Assembly (NCBI RefSeq): GCF_964204645.1
Contig: NC_134029.1
Coordinates: 17,168,950-17,232,949 of the forward strand
DNA length: 64,000 nt
Direction of reading: 5' to 3'
From: Tubulanus polymorphus
Lineage: Eukaryota; Animalia; Nemertea
Below are positions 10,156 to 22,042 of the stretch, one piece after another (the first letter of the stretch is position 1; each line of letters starts with the position of its first letter). The notes under the pieces are model-generated. The model searched no databases. It had not been told where the DNA came from and saw only the letters and a program-made list of their open reading frames with translations. The translations under genes were made by a program, and so were the position numbers.

Positions 10156-10509
10156 TTAATCAAAAAAATTACTATCTTCAAAATATTTAGTTAACTTATT
10201 TATGATTAATTCAACATTTATTTTATTACCAGTTTCATTTGTATATATTTCAATTATTATTTTCTTAATATCATCGATGATAAAATCTTCATCTAATTCA
10301 TAAAATCTTAAAGATTCTCTAATTAAATTAGTAATCTTTTCAACATTTAAAGTTTCTTTATCTATTGTTGTTTCATACTCAAATGTTGTTTCATTAGAAA
10401 ATGCAATATTTTTGATATGTGTTATTACATCATTAATGTTAAATTTCATTTCTTTCTCACGTTTAAAATCAAACCCAAAACATATACTCGGTCCAACAGT
10501 TATATTCAT
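10156..10509 (-). CDS. Hypothetical protein (117 aa)
   Basis: MNITVG..CFGFDFK start shared by three copies. Confidence 0.75.
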   Translation of the reverse strand: MNITVGPSICFGFDFKREKEMKFNINDVITHIKNIAFSNETTFEYETTIDKETLNVEKITNLIRESLRFYELDEDFIIDDIKKIIIEIYTNETGNKINVELIINKLTKYFEDSNFFD

Positions 10510-10525
10510 TTATGTAGGTGAAAAA

Positions 10526-11284
10526 TTACTCTTTACATCTTATAACTAATTCATAAATTACAGGAAAGTTATTCAAATCAATTAAATAACCATTATGATT
10601 TCTTATTTCTAATTTAAAATTATTGAAATGTGGAATACAAGGTTTGAAATCACATTCAGTTAAATTATAATTTATTTGAGTTCCAAATTGTTTGACATTT
10701 TTTAATGGTAAAATATTTAATAAACCAGAATTACAAATTGTATCTTTAGTTGCTTCAAATGTTTTTGTAGGCTCGATTAAATTGCAATAAATATAAAAGT
10801 GTGTAAAAGGTATTATATTTGAGCTGCCTTCTGCGTATGCTGTAACGGTATCTGGTGCAATTCCTAACAGTTTAGCTAAAGGTTTTCTTATTGTAAATTT
10901 AAATTGTTCGTCATTAGCTAACCTAATCTTTATTTTATTAGAACTAGCACTTTTTAAAATTCTAATACTAAATCCGGAATCACTTCCTAATTTAGCTCGA
11001 GCTTTTCTATTAATTTCTTGTGTTAATGTATCTAAATTATATAATCCTGGTTTTAAATATATAAAAAACCATTTATTCCTTTTTTTGTAAAAGATTGAAA
11101 AAATTAAATGTTCTAGACTTTTATCCGATATATTATAAAAAGAATTACATAAACTTATATTAACTAATTTTAAATCTACACAATTCTTAAATTCTCTATC
11201 TAATTGTACTAATAAATTATGAGATTTATAATTTGTAAGTTTTCTAGAATCAACAAATATTCTGTATTCTTTTAATTCTACCAT
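10526..11284 (-). CDS. Putative minor capsid (penton) protein
   Basis: FVDSR, NSFYNI, PGLYN, YIYCNLI and IDLNN pattern typical of Polinton pentons; variable central insert. Confidence 0.7.
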   Translation of the reverse strand: MVELKEYRIFVDSRKLTNYKSHNLLVQLDREFKNCVDLKLVNISLCNSFYNISDKSLEHLIFSIFYKKRNKWFFIYLKPGLYNLDTLTQEINRKARAKLGSDSGFSIRILKSASSNKIKIRLANDEQFKFTIRKPLAKLLGIAPDTVTAYAEGSSNIIPFTHFYIYCNLIEPTKTFEATKDTICNSGLLNILPLKNVKQFGTQINYNLTECDFKPCIPHFNNFKLEIRNHNGYLIDLNNFPVIYELVIRCKE

Positions 11285-11352
11285 TATTTATAACATAAAA
11301 AAATTACCGCTCATCACTAAAAATTAATTTTAATAAAATTTTTCCTTAATAA

Positions 11353-12654
11353 ATGGATGAGAAGATAGCATGCGAAATTTGTGGTGAACTTCTAAGAAAA
11401 AGTAATATGGCTCGACATATGAAAAAACATGATGAAAATTATAAACCCCCTAAAATAAACTGTCCAAAATGTAATAAATTATTCTCAAGAAATTATGTTA
11501 AAAAACATTCAGAGAAGTGTAGAATTAATGGCGCAACGGCTAATGTTGATAGTAATTCTGTTGAAGTTGAACCTGAAGTTATTTGGAAAAGACCTTTCTT
11601 ATTCTATGATAAGGATAATATAAAAGATCATTTCTGTGAGCCTTGTCAAGTAAAATATAGCCCTGAAAATATAGAAGATTGGGAGAATCATCAATTTCGT
11701 AAAGCACATATAGATAAAATTTCTAATAAATTTGAAACTGAATTCAATGAAAGAAAAAATAATTTATTAGAAAAAATAAAATATGAGAAAACGTTACCAG
11801 ATAATAAAGAAACAGTTGAAAAGTTAGAAAAACAATATAATGAATTAACAAGAAAAACATATTATTGTAAATATTGTAAATTGATTATTACAACAAGTAA
11901 TTCAAATCTACATAATAGAACAATAAAACATAAAGAAAACGTAAGAAAATACCAAGAGCTTAATGAAGATCTATTACCAAGAAATTATAAACAAAAATGC
12001 CCACAATGTAGTTATGCGACCTTAAGGCAAGAAGGTACTGTGTTATTTTGTGTTGAATGTGGATGGCAAAAGAATTTATGGGGTGAAGAAAAAACTAGAG
12101 ATTTTCTCATAGAACCAAAATTAAATTATCTAGATGAAATTTTTAAAATATTTTCTATAGAAGATCATACACCAGAATATATGCAATGGCTTGAAAAAAT
12201 GAAAATAATAGAAAATGAAAATGGTGAAATAACTAAAAAAGATATTATAAAAACAATTATTCCACCAACATTTAACACAAAACAAAAGAAAATGTATTTA
12301 TATTTATTATTTAATGATTATTATGAAAAACCTAAATTAACAGAAGAAGATATGGAAAATATAAAAAAAATATTTAAACAAATATTAATGTATCATTTGG
12401 AAAATAGAATAACAGATTCAATAAATTATGAATTCTTTTTAAATAAGATTGTAAATTATTTAAACTTAGATATTATAATTCCATTTGATGAATTAACAAA
12501 CAAAAAGAAACAAAGAGAGCGAGATGAAATGTGGAACAAGATAGAACTTTATTTAAATGAGAAAAATGGAATGGAAGAAGAACCTGAACAATTAAATGAA
12601 AATGAAGAAGCCAATAGTGATTTCGAGTATGATGATATTGATTTTATGTTTTAA
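11353..12654 (+). CDS. Multi-zinc-finger protein fused to a poxvirus VLTF3 (A2)-like late transcription factor domain
   Basis: N-terminal C2H2-type fingers, then a CPQC...FCVEC ribbon and a C-terminal SINYEFFLNKI...DEMWNKI segment resembling VLTF3. Confidence 0.65.
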   Translation: MDEKIACEICGELLRKSNMARHMKKHDENYKPPKINCPKCNKLFSRNYVKKHSEKCRINGATANVDSNSVEVEPEVIWKRPFLFYDKDNIKDHFCEPCQVKYSPENIEDWENHQFRKAHIDKISNKFETEFNERKNNLLEKIKYEKTLPDNKETVEKLEKQYNELTRKTYYCKYCKLIITTSNSNLHNRTIKHKENVRKYQELNEDLLPRNYKQKCPQCSYATLRQEGTVLFCVECGWQKNLWGEEKTRDFLIEPKLNYLDEIFKIFSIEDHTPEYMQWLEKMKIIENENGEITKKDIIKTIIPPTFNTKQKKMYLYLLFNDYYEKPKLTEEDMENIKKIFKQILMYHLENRITDSINYEFFLNKIVNYLNLDIIIPFDELTNKKKQRERDEMWNKIELYLNEKNGMEEEPEQLNENEEANSDFEYDDIDFMF

Positions 12655-15600
12655 TGGCCATAAGGTAATGTTTTTATACCATCATCTGAAATATGCCTTT
12701 TATCATCAAATTGTTTTAAACTAGTTTTTTCAACTTCATTAATGTACATCTCATGATTTTCTGATCTTAAACAATTCATTTTGTGTTTCATTACAATTGA
12801 TTTATATAAACACTTTATATAATCTTGAAATTCTATATGTTTATCAACCACATGTTTAGTTATTCCTTTTAACTTTTTAGCTTCATGATCTTTTGTTCTG
12901 TAACTATACATTTTACTTCTTATCCCAACAAATTCAATCATTTCATCACCTCCTAATTCATCTTTAAACTTACCAGGAATCTTTTTATTATCATTGCTAA
13001 ATAGTTCATGATCTTTGGGATAATTACTAAAATCAAAATGATGTTTTAATGTTTTTAAGTCTTTTGTTATGTCATTTGTCTTGATTTTTAGTATGTACGC
13101 ATCCGTATTTTTTGGATTAATGGGAACCCAGAATTGAATGTTCCATCATCTGTTGATAAATCATAAACAAAATCTGTTGGGTTATATATTTCAAATAAAT
13201 CTTTAACTTCTTCAGTTAAATCTTTTTCTGTGTGGCTTAGATTAAAACAATTTGGTTTAGATTTAATCAATCCAATATTCATATTGAAGCCTAATGAATT
13301 ACATAATATATTTAACCCTGATATAGCAACTTTTCCTTTCTGTGCAAAGGTTATCTTTTTATCCTTTGTAAATTTTTTAGTACCATCAGCTGCGTAGAAT
13401 CCAATAAAGAACCATTTTCTTAAATTATTTTTTGCATTTAATACATAATCTGGAACTATCTTTTCTTTTGTTGAAGTATTACTTTTCACTATTGCATGAA
13501 TATAGAATTCATCATTATATTCTATAGCAAAATCTTTAGGATTATTTACAAGTATTCTATAAACTGCTGATGATTTCATAACATCCATGATTCTAAATGT
13601 TTTATTTGGATAAACTTCTTCACAGAATTTCTTAATTCTTTCTAATAATCTTAAGTCTTGATTGCATAAATACCAACAATATTTATTACCCCAAACATAT
13701 TTATACACACCTGCTGAACCATCACCCATGAAAAATCCTTTGATAAAATATTCTTTTTCTTCTAATGTTTCAGGTTCTATATTATAAATATTATCAATTA
13801 TTTCATCAAATGACATATGATTCATTCTTTGGAAAAATCTTTTATGTAATAATTCATCTCCAATTTTTATATCAGTTGGTTTTTTTTTATCACCATTTCG
13901 TTTAATTAAACTATGATCTTCTGTAACATCTACAAATCCTAATTTAGTTCTAACTCTATAGATTTTCTTATTTGTTTTATGCCTAATAATATTCTTTAAT
14001 TTTTTCCATCCATTTCTTGTCCAAACATCCATTAAACCATTTATTTGTATTAGTTCTTTTTCACCATATGAAATATAACATTCATTTTGTTTTGGAATTA
14101 TTTCTGAAATTCTTCTTACCAATATTTTATTATTACATTTTAATAATATTGGGGTGTCGGCCGTTACAGAATCGAAGTACAGAATTTCTATATGTTTTTC
14201 CCCAAACAATGGTTGTAAAACATTATAATAAAAATTATACATTAATAATTTTAATATTTCTAAAACTGTTGAACCAATGAAAATAGGTTTATTAAATTTC
14301 ATTGACGTTCTTTTTAATTTTACCGCGGTCAAATAATCCTCAAACCTTTTATTTCCTAAATATCTAGGACTTGATTGTAGGTGTCTCAATCGTTCAGAAT
14401 TATTTACTAATTCAATATCATTTCTATTTCTAATATTTTCACATGTTTTACCATAAAAACTATTGTTCATTAATTTGAAGAAATCTTTTTCAAAATCTGT
14501 TTTTGATATGGTTCTCTGTTGAGTATTGAAATCTATATATTTTTCTAACCACTTTGATTGATTAAATTCAATATATCTATGTACTTTCTTTAATTTCATT
14601 CCTTGTTTTAGATAAAATTTTAACATTCTATAATGAACAATATAATTGTATTTATTATTTTGAGTAAGTATTAATTTTTCTGTAAAAACATGATCTTTCG
14701 GTTTTATTTTCTTCTGGTATTCACTTAAATAACTATCATCTACAGTTAAATGTTCTGGGCAATAAGGTAAGTTTCTTGTTTTAAACTTTATGTTATCAGG
14801 ATATTCTAAATCAACTACAAAGAAATAACCAATTGGTGCTTCATCTTCTAAACTCATAATTGCGCTTTCCCAATTAGTTTTATCATCATTTTCAACTTCT
14901 GTTAATATAAAATTTTTATATGGTTGAGGTTGCATCATTGCCCAACCATATAAATTATTGGCGTCAATATATAATAATTTATATTCATCATTTGCTTTAA
15001 AATACCTATCTCCCATAACACCACTAATTCCACCTCTAATTGATTTTTCAAATAATAAAACCATATCTGGTTCTTTTAATAAATCTAATTCTACATTTGT
15101 ATATTTTAAACCACATTGCCAGGTTAAACCAGGACTTGAATAACAATAACAAGGGTCAACATTAAAATGGTTTAGATTAACTTCTCTAAACTTTTTAAAT
15201 ATATCTGCCAATATCATAACATCTGATTTTAAATATAAATCAACTAATTCCCCATGATTTTTCATCTTAAAATGGTTCCAAATATTTAATGTTCTATTAA
15301 ACACTTCGTCTTTCACATACTCCTCTTTTAATTGATCATAAAATTGATCTTTTAATAATTCTGTTACATTAAAATCATTGTGTGTTTTATAAAATGAATA
15401 AGGAATTGCACCTTTATATCTCAATAATTTAAAATCTTGTTCATTTGGATAATAATATCGAGTTATAACAAAATCATTATCAACTAAACTTTTTGATAAA
15501 TTATCTAATGAACTTGCTAGAAATCTATAAGAATCTAAAAATCTAATGCAACCAAATTGAAATGAAATATAATTTTCAGATGTTTTAGCTAATAGTTTAA

Positions 15601-17719
15601 AATCATATTTTCTTACATTTGCTTCATTCATAGCATTATATTCTTCTATTTCTTGATTAATTGCACCCAATTTTCCCGATAATTGTTTTATAAATAGATG
15701 GGTATCATATCCTGATAAATTATGAAATAATATTGGTACGAAATTTACTTTTTTAGCTTGTAAATTGCAATCTTCATGAGCAGCTCCACGATATTTTGAA
15801 TTCAAATGATTATGATCTCTAACTCTTTTATCAAATGAATAAAAACGTTTTTCACAATAACAACAATGAGTTGCATAATTAAAATCAATTTCATCTTCTT
15901 TTGTCATAACTATTCTTTTATTTTTGTTTAATAATTTTGTAAAATCACTTTCTAATTCAATCATTTTATCACAAAAATCATTAACTACATTTTCACCTCT
16001 AAAAGAAATATATTGACTTTCATATAATTCGGGATAATTTGATTTGATGTAAATTCCATAAGCAGCAGCTCTTTGATGAACTTTTTTAATTGTATTTATA
16101 ATTGGCGGGTCTTGTGTTGCGTCTTCATTTAATTCATTTCCTTTATCCATTGATTTTAATAATTGCTTTTTGTTATATATTTCTTTTCTATCTTGATCAG
16201 TTAATTCTTTATTCAACGATTCAAAATCCCCATAAATTACAAATGGAACAATATTCTTAAATTTATGATTAGTAAATTTCAATTTATAATCTTTTTCTGT
16301 TGGCATTATTAATTTACAAAAATCTTTATTATCACATAATTCTTTATGTTTTAATAATGTATTCTCAGTCATAAATTTAGATAAACATTTTCTACATAGA
16401 TAAATTTTACGATGATGATCACTTTCCGTTCTAAAGAATAAATCAATTTGTTTTAACCACATATAATGTTCATTTTCATCTTTTTTATAATATAACAAAT
16501 CTATAGCATTTTCATCATCATAATATTCTGTTAAATATAAAGCTTCCAATGTATAATCTTTGATATTTTCACCTTTTGTCTTTGGTAATTGTATTAATTC
16601 GAATACATTTATTTTTAAATTATTAATTTTTTCTATTTTAGGAATCATTTTTATAGTTACTGGATATTGATCAATTTTATATAATGTTTCATATTTCTGG
16701 TAATTTGTTATTCTAAAACTATGTGTCATATCTTCTGTTTGGTGTAAACAACTAATAATTGACCATAGAAAACATTTATTATCTTCATTTTGAATATTTA
16801 TTACTGCTTTTGTTGTAAACGGTAATTTGATATAACTTGATGCTTTCATATCCTTTTCTGTTGTAAAGTTTGAATCATTTTTAAACATTTTATTACTTTT
16901 TGATGTTTTATTCCTTTTTGTATTATAAACATTTAAATCTAAATATATAATTTCATTCAATGTTAAGCCAGAACCCTCAAAATATCTTTCTTCAATATGA
17001 CGTTTAAATTCATTTAATATTTTTTCTAACTTCTCTTTTATTTGCGTTTTTGAAATTATTTCTTCAGAGAGTGTTTGAATATTATAATTCATTTTTTCTT
17101 TTGACTTTATAAAACTTACTTTCCCAGAGATACTAATTTTTGGATATTCAACATCTGTTATCAAATCTAGTATTTTTTCTATTATTTCATTAAATTTACT
17201 ATAATCTTCTATTGTTGTACCTTTAAAAAATCTAAATATAATAGCTGCAGGACCAATTTTACTATGTAATGTTTCTAAGATTTCAATTGTATCTTTTATT
17301 TCTAGTGAATCAATATAATTTCTAACATTTTCCATGTAAGGTTTATTTGAAATGGATTTAGTTTTTGAAGTTGATTCTTTTACTTGTTGAGGTTTATCAT
17401 CAAAATAATCTATTCCTAAAACATTATTTCTCAAATTTTGATGGTGTTTTTCTGTTTCGAGATGTCTATTATAATTCCTTTTTGTTATAAATTCATCACA
17501 AACTTCACATTTTATTTCATTCACATTCATATTTTCTAATCGTTCTTTTCTTTCATTGGAATTTTCTGGAGTTTCAAAATCTATTACATTTTTTATATGA
17601 TTTGCAGTTTTTTCATGTCGTGTTTTATTAGATGTATCGATGTATTTTTTACAATATTGACAATAATATTGATTTTTATTGACATTATTGTTTTCTAGTT
17701 GGTGTTCATTCTCCCCCAT
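12651..17719 (-). CDS. polB: Protein-primed family B DNA polymerase polyprotein (Zn fingers, putative cysteine protease, endonuclease VII-like insert, exonuclease, polymerase) with an intein; one frameshift near 13110
   Basis: YGDFES, FHNLSGYD, YIDANNLYG, KLMNNSFYGK, YFD|intein|TD, RSKMY, FDDKR; DNKCFLW...HY; CCYC..RDHNH..RGAAH..CN. Confidence 0.95.
13107..14170 (-). mobile_element. Intein with LAGLIDADG homing endonuclease (~355 aa) at the Pol-c site
   Basis: Block A SVTADTPIL, block B TEDH, GFFMGDG and GFYAADG, block F VYDLST, terminal N followed by extein T; absent in P2 and P3 (YFDTDS). Confidence 0.95.
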
Positions 17720-17723
17720 TTAT

Positions 17724-17804
17724 TAGGAAAAAAAATTACTTGTGGTGATGAGTGGTGTCTCGTCCTTTCGTCCTCTGGTATGAAAGCCACATATTCTAAT
17801 TACT
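17724..17804 (-). repeat. P1 right TIR
   Basis: Reverse complement of 1311-1390; runs directly into TAAATG of pPolB. Confidence 0.95.
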
Positions 17805-17994
17805 TATAATACACATCATATTGCCGAAGAGTTGAATCTCGAAGAGATGATAAAAGCAAATTAATCGACAAATTCGACAGACCCAGAGAAAGCAAGTGTT
17901 GTGTTAAAAGCGACAAACCAGCAAACTTAGCTGTTTGTAAATCGGATGAATTTTCTCTGGATCTTGTGGAAGGCGTAGTAAATTCTTTCTGCAA
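17805..17994 (-). pseudogene. DIRS YR N-terminal part
   Basis: SLRDSTLRQY motif; continues at 1304 after P1 is removed. Confidence 0.85.
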
Positions 17995-17996
17995 GA

Positions 17997-18257
17997 TTAA
18001 GTGAAAGTTTGATTAGTCAAGTTAATCAACTTTGGATACCATGATTGTGACGGCCAATTAGGCACCACAAGAATACCGTGACTTTTTTCTTGTTGAATTT
18101 TAGACAGACATTTAGCAATTAAACTAAATGGAGGGAAGGCATACCAACACCAATTTGACCAATTCACAGTGAATGCATCTATACAAAAAGCTTGAGGATC
18201 AGGATACCAAGAAATGAACTTAACCCGTTGGGTTGATTCTAGATGCAAATAGATCAA
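17997..18257 (-). pseudogene. DIRS N6-adenine methyltransferase-like domain
   Basis: DAFTVNW...YAFPPF...LVVPNWPSQSWY. Confidence 0.8.
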
Positions 18258-18267
18258 TTTCAGGTTG

Positions 18268-19820
18268 TCAAAAAGCTCTGATAATATCTGAGAACGCAGT
18301 CTTATCTAATTGCCATTCTTTATTGACCGATTGAACGCGTGATGAAATATCTGCATCAAAGTTCGATATTCCTGAAATGTGAGTTACAGAAAGCCATGAA
18401 TTAAATTTGAAGACTAATTGCCAAATCTGTTTAGCTAAACTATTCAACTGAGGAGATTTTGTTCCTCCCTGATTCTTAATGTAGGCTACTACAACGGTAT
18501 TATCTACTAATTGAACAAGAATATGTTTGTTCTGAATAAGTACACTGAACGATAAAAGGGCAAACAAAACTGCCTTAAGCTCTAGAATATTGATGTGATT
18601 CAATTTCTCTTGCGCATTCCAAAAACCATAGGTTTTAGTTTGATTGATAATTGCACCCCAACCTGTAAGAGATGCGTCAGTAGTAATAGGTATATTAGGC
18701 GCATGACGTGTAATTGGAGCAGAAGCAGAATGAGAAATATTCTCAATCCACCAAATTAAATCAGTCTTAACTTCATCAAAAAGAGAAACTTTAGTATTGA
18801 AATCTCCTAACGATTGAGAAAGAGAAATAGACTTAAGTTTTTCTAAATTTCAATAATATAATCGACCTGCCGTCACAGCAGGAAAGGAAGAAACTAGAAC
18901 ACCCACGACATGGGCAACATGCCAAATAGACGGATTTGGTTTGTGCAACAATGTGGAGCACTCATTGATTATTTTCTCAATCTTATCCTGACCTAAGAAA
19001 ACCTTCCAAGTCATTGAATTCAACCAAAAGCCAAGAAACTTCCTCCGAACATCAGGTTTCTTCTCTGACTTGACCTCATTAATTAAGTAACCACAATTTT
19101 GTAATTGTGTTTCAGAAATCGATACATTCGAACTGCATTCGATACAATCCAGCCCTTGCAAATAAATATCATCGATATAATCGGCAGAGATGTAACCTAA
19201 CTGACGTAATGGTGTTAAAACCGGTTTTAATAATTTCGTAAAAAGTCTAGGCGCCGAAGAAATCCCATTAGAGAGACATATATATTGAAAAAGATTACCT
19301 TTCCAAATAAATCTAAGTAATTTCCTATCTTCAGGGCAAATTGAAATAGAATAATAGGCATCTTTTAAATCTAATGAAGCCATATAACAACCTGGAGTCA
19401 TTAATTCAGAACAGTATTCAATGAAGTCATTTAAATATGACAATATTTTACAAATTTGTTCAGATGAGTTAGATTCAAAATGAGTCTAAACCCAGAGTCT
19501 TTCTTGGGAACAACAAAAATGTTTGAAATAAATTGACCATGAGATGGAGAAGCAAACTCAATAATTCCTCTCTGAAGGAATTCAGATAATAAAACGTCTA
19601 TTGCAGACTACTCTTTACTCGAAAAGAAAATAGTTCGAGGCAACTCCAATTGACATGGAGGGAGGTTTTCCCATTCAATGTGGTAACCTTTAACACAATC
19701 TAATATATAACTGTCTGAAGTTAATGACTCCCAAAAGGTCAAAAAATGTTGAATACGCCCAGCTACAGGTAAGGAATGACTTACCATTTTTTCTGGTCCT
19801 GAAACTGGCCCTTCCTCCAA
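18268..19820 (-). pseudogene. DIRS reverse transcriptase / RNase H, disrupted
   Basis: LDLKDAY, YIDD, TDASLTGWGA, HINILELKA, DNT; stops and frameshifts present. Confidence 0.92.
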
Positions 19821-20930
19821 AAATCCTTCTTGTTTGGAGTATTATTTGAAGGGCTATAATTAGGATATGGTTGAAATCTGCCATACCGAGCACGACCACG
19901 ACCTCTCAAAGCGCTAGAACGGCCACGACCCCGAAAATTAGTAGGAAGAAGTTTCCCAACCATTCTAGTTGTCCTTTCGATTTCTTTTAATTTTTCGTCA
20001 AGGTTATCCCCAAATAATTGATCCCCAATGGGATTCGAGGGTAGCCAAAGCGGCTTAAAAGAATCTTTAAAATCTTTCCTAAGAAGCTCTCTCCTTCTTA
20101 AATTCAACTCAAAGTTTCCTTGAGCGAAAAAAGAAAGTGCATCATACAAAATGGCCCCTAACGATTTCCTATCTAAATGTTTAGAGGAATCAGTTAAACT
20201 TTCAACAACACGGGAGATAGCTGTAACACCCCGAAGATTCCAATTTTGGATTTTCTGCAGTTTAACTTCAAACGCTGCAGATTCTTTAGGAAGCCTCATC
20301 CATATAGGCTGATTAACTTTTGTAACAGCCAATTTCGATGTATTATCAGGACAAGCATAGTCCTTAGCCTTGCGTTCTAGCTTGTCTAGAAACTCTTTCT
20401 TTTCTGGATCATCTGATCCGAAACCGGATAAAAGTTGAGTCAATAAAGACGAAATATCTTCATTTAACGGAGGTCCAGTCACCTTAAAAGACTGAACCTC
20501 AGATCTAAAAAAATCTAATAAATCATTCGAATCCTTGTTAACAGGGAAATTATTGTTGTCATCTGATTTATTAAAGAGACTTAAAAATCTCTGACCGATT
20601 GAATCAGAATTAGAAACATCAGCAACATTATGATCATCATTATGAAAGGCGATATCCAAAGGATATTCGGCAAAATCTGAAGACATCTGATTTTCAAGGT
20701 CTTCAAGTCTCTTCTTCATAAGAAGAAATTCTGACATTAGTTACCAGATTAGTCGAAACACTATCCACAAACTGTTGAGATTCAACAGGACAAGACGATG
20801 GTTTAGAAACCGTGGACGGTTTATTCGTTTTAACTATTCTCTGAGGAATAATGTTTTTATCTGAGGACGCAGTATGCGTCAAAAGTTTATAAGAAAGGCT
20901 CTGACGGCCTTCATTGATGGCCGAAGCCAT
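19781..20930 (-). CDS. DIRS gag-like ORF1 (in two frames)
   Basis: Position upstream of RT; KVNQPIW, LFGDNL and an RG-rich tail. Confidence 0.75.
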
Positions 20931-21081
20931 GTAATCCTCATCGTCAACGACGTGGGATTCAATTTCAACTTCTTTATTTAAGCATTACGGATTTAGGAGC
21001 GTTTCCAGCCTTTCCGTATAGTATAGTTAAACGACGGGCGCGCGTTGCATCATGGGTAAATTCATTATGAAACATGTCGGA

Positions 21082-22031
21082 TTATCGAAGTAGGAACAAC
21101 GTGAGAGATTGCATTTTAACATTATAATCATCCAGATCTAAAATCACAATCTTGTCACCTTTATCAGCCTTAGATATTTTAATAGTCACTACTTTTGTAG
21201 TTCTTGGAGGGCGAGCCGAAATCGACGAGGTATTCAAAGAGGTTACTGTTGAGTTGATCGCAAATAGCATGTAGATTCATGAATATAAAGTTATAGTCCA
21301 AACTGTTCTGAGATGATTTACGTTATTGCAATTGGGTGACAAAGTCTAAAACATGTTTATCTTGATGAGGAAGAGAAAAATTCAAACCGTAGCCGAGAAG
21401 TTGACATTGAGTAGAAGATAACGTGGTTGAAGACAAATCGACTATGTTGTCGGTGTTGCTAAATCTAGTCCAAGGGCTGGAATCAATGAGTTTTTATTCA
21501 GTTGGTTGTTAAGATCCACGGACTTTCTGTGCTGATGATATTTTCCAGAGCCTTGAACAATAGTGGAGAGCGATTTCCAGAGGAATAGGTCCGGTACGTG
21601 AAATAATTTTGAGATTGACGGAATTTGTAGAACTGATAGTTACAGTCTTCCTTAGCACGATCTATAGCGAATTTGAGTTGCTTGTTAGCTTCGGGTGGAA
21701 ACGCAGAGCTGGAGTCGTATTTCCAAATCCAAGAAAGTGATCGCGGAACCATTTTTTCGGCATAATACTCCTGAAGAAACTTGACTTTACTTTTGGCAGT
21801 CCTGGATTTGATATAGCATTTCTCATAATTTCGGAAGCTAGCGACGAGGTACGGGGACGTGAAGAAGAATAATTTTAATACGATACTTCGATCCGTGGGT
21901 AGCATGATCACGATTGATAGAACACTATATCCGTGTTGACGCGATGTAGAGAGAATCCCACAATGATAAGCAAGTCCGAAAATGTAACTTCGAGATAGTA
22001 GTTTATTCAACGTTTCGACTAAGAATTGCAT
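21082..22031 (-). mobile_element. Penelope-like retroelement fragment (N-terminal region up to the RT start)
   Basis: KADKGDKIVILD motif; VDLSSTTLS...LLGYGLNF readable at about 21380-21445. Confidence 0.7.
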
Positions 22032-22042
22032 TATCTACAGCA

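Larger units (their letters stand above)
1311..17804. mobile_element. Polinton/Maverick-like endogenous virus P1 (16.5 kb, complete)
   Basis: AGT...ACT ends, ~80-bp TIRs, 6-bp TSD TATAAT (1305-1310 and 17805-17810); pPolB, INT, ATPase and capsid-like genes. Confidence 0.96.
1..21080 (-). mobile_element. DIRS1-type tyrosine-recombinase retrotransposon, split by Polinton P1
   Basis: gag, RT, RNase H, methyltransferase-like and YR domains in DIRS order on the minus strand; the 5' boundary is approximate. Confidence 0.9.
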
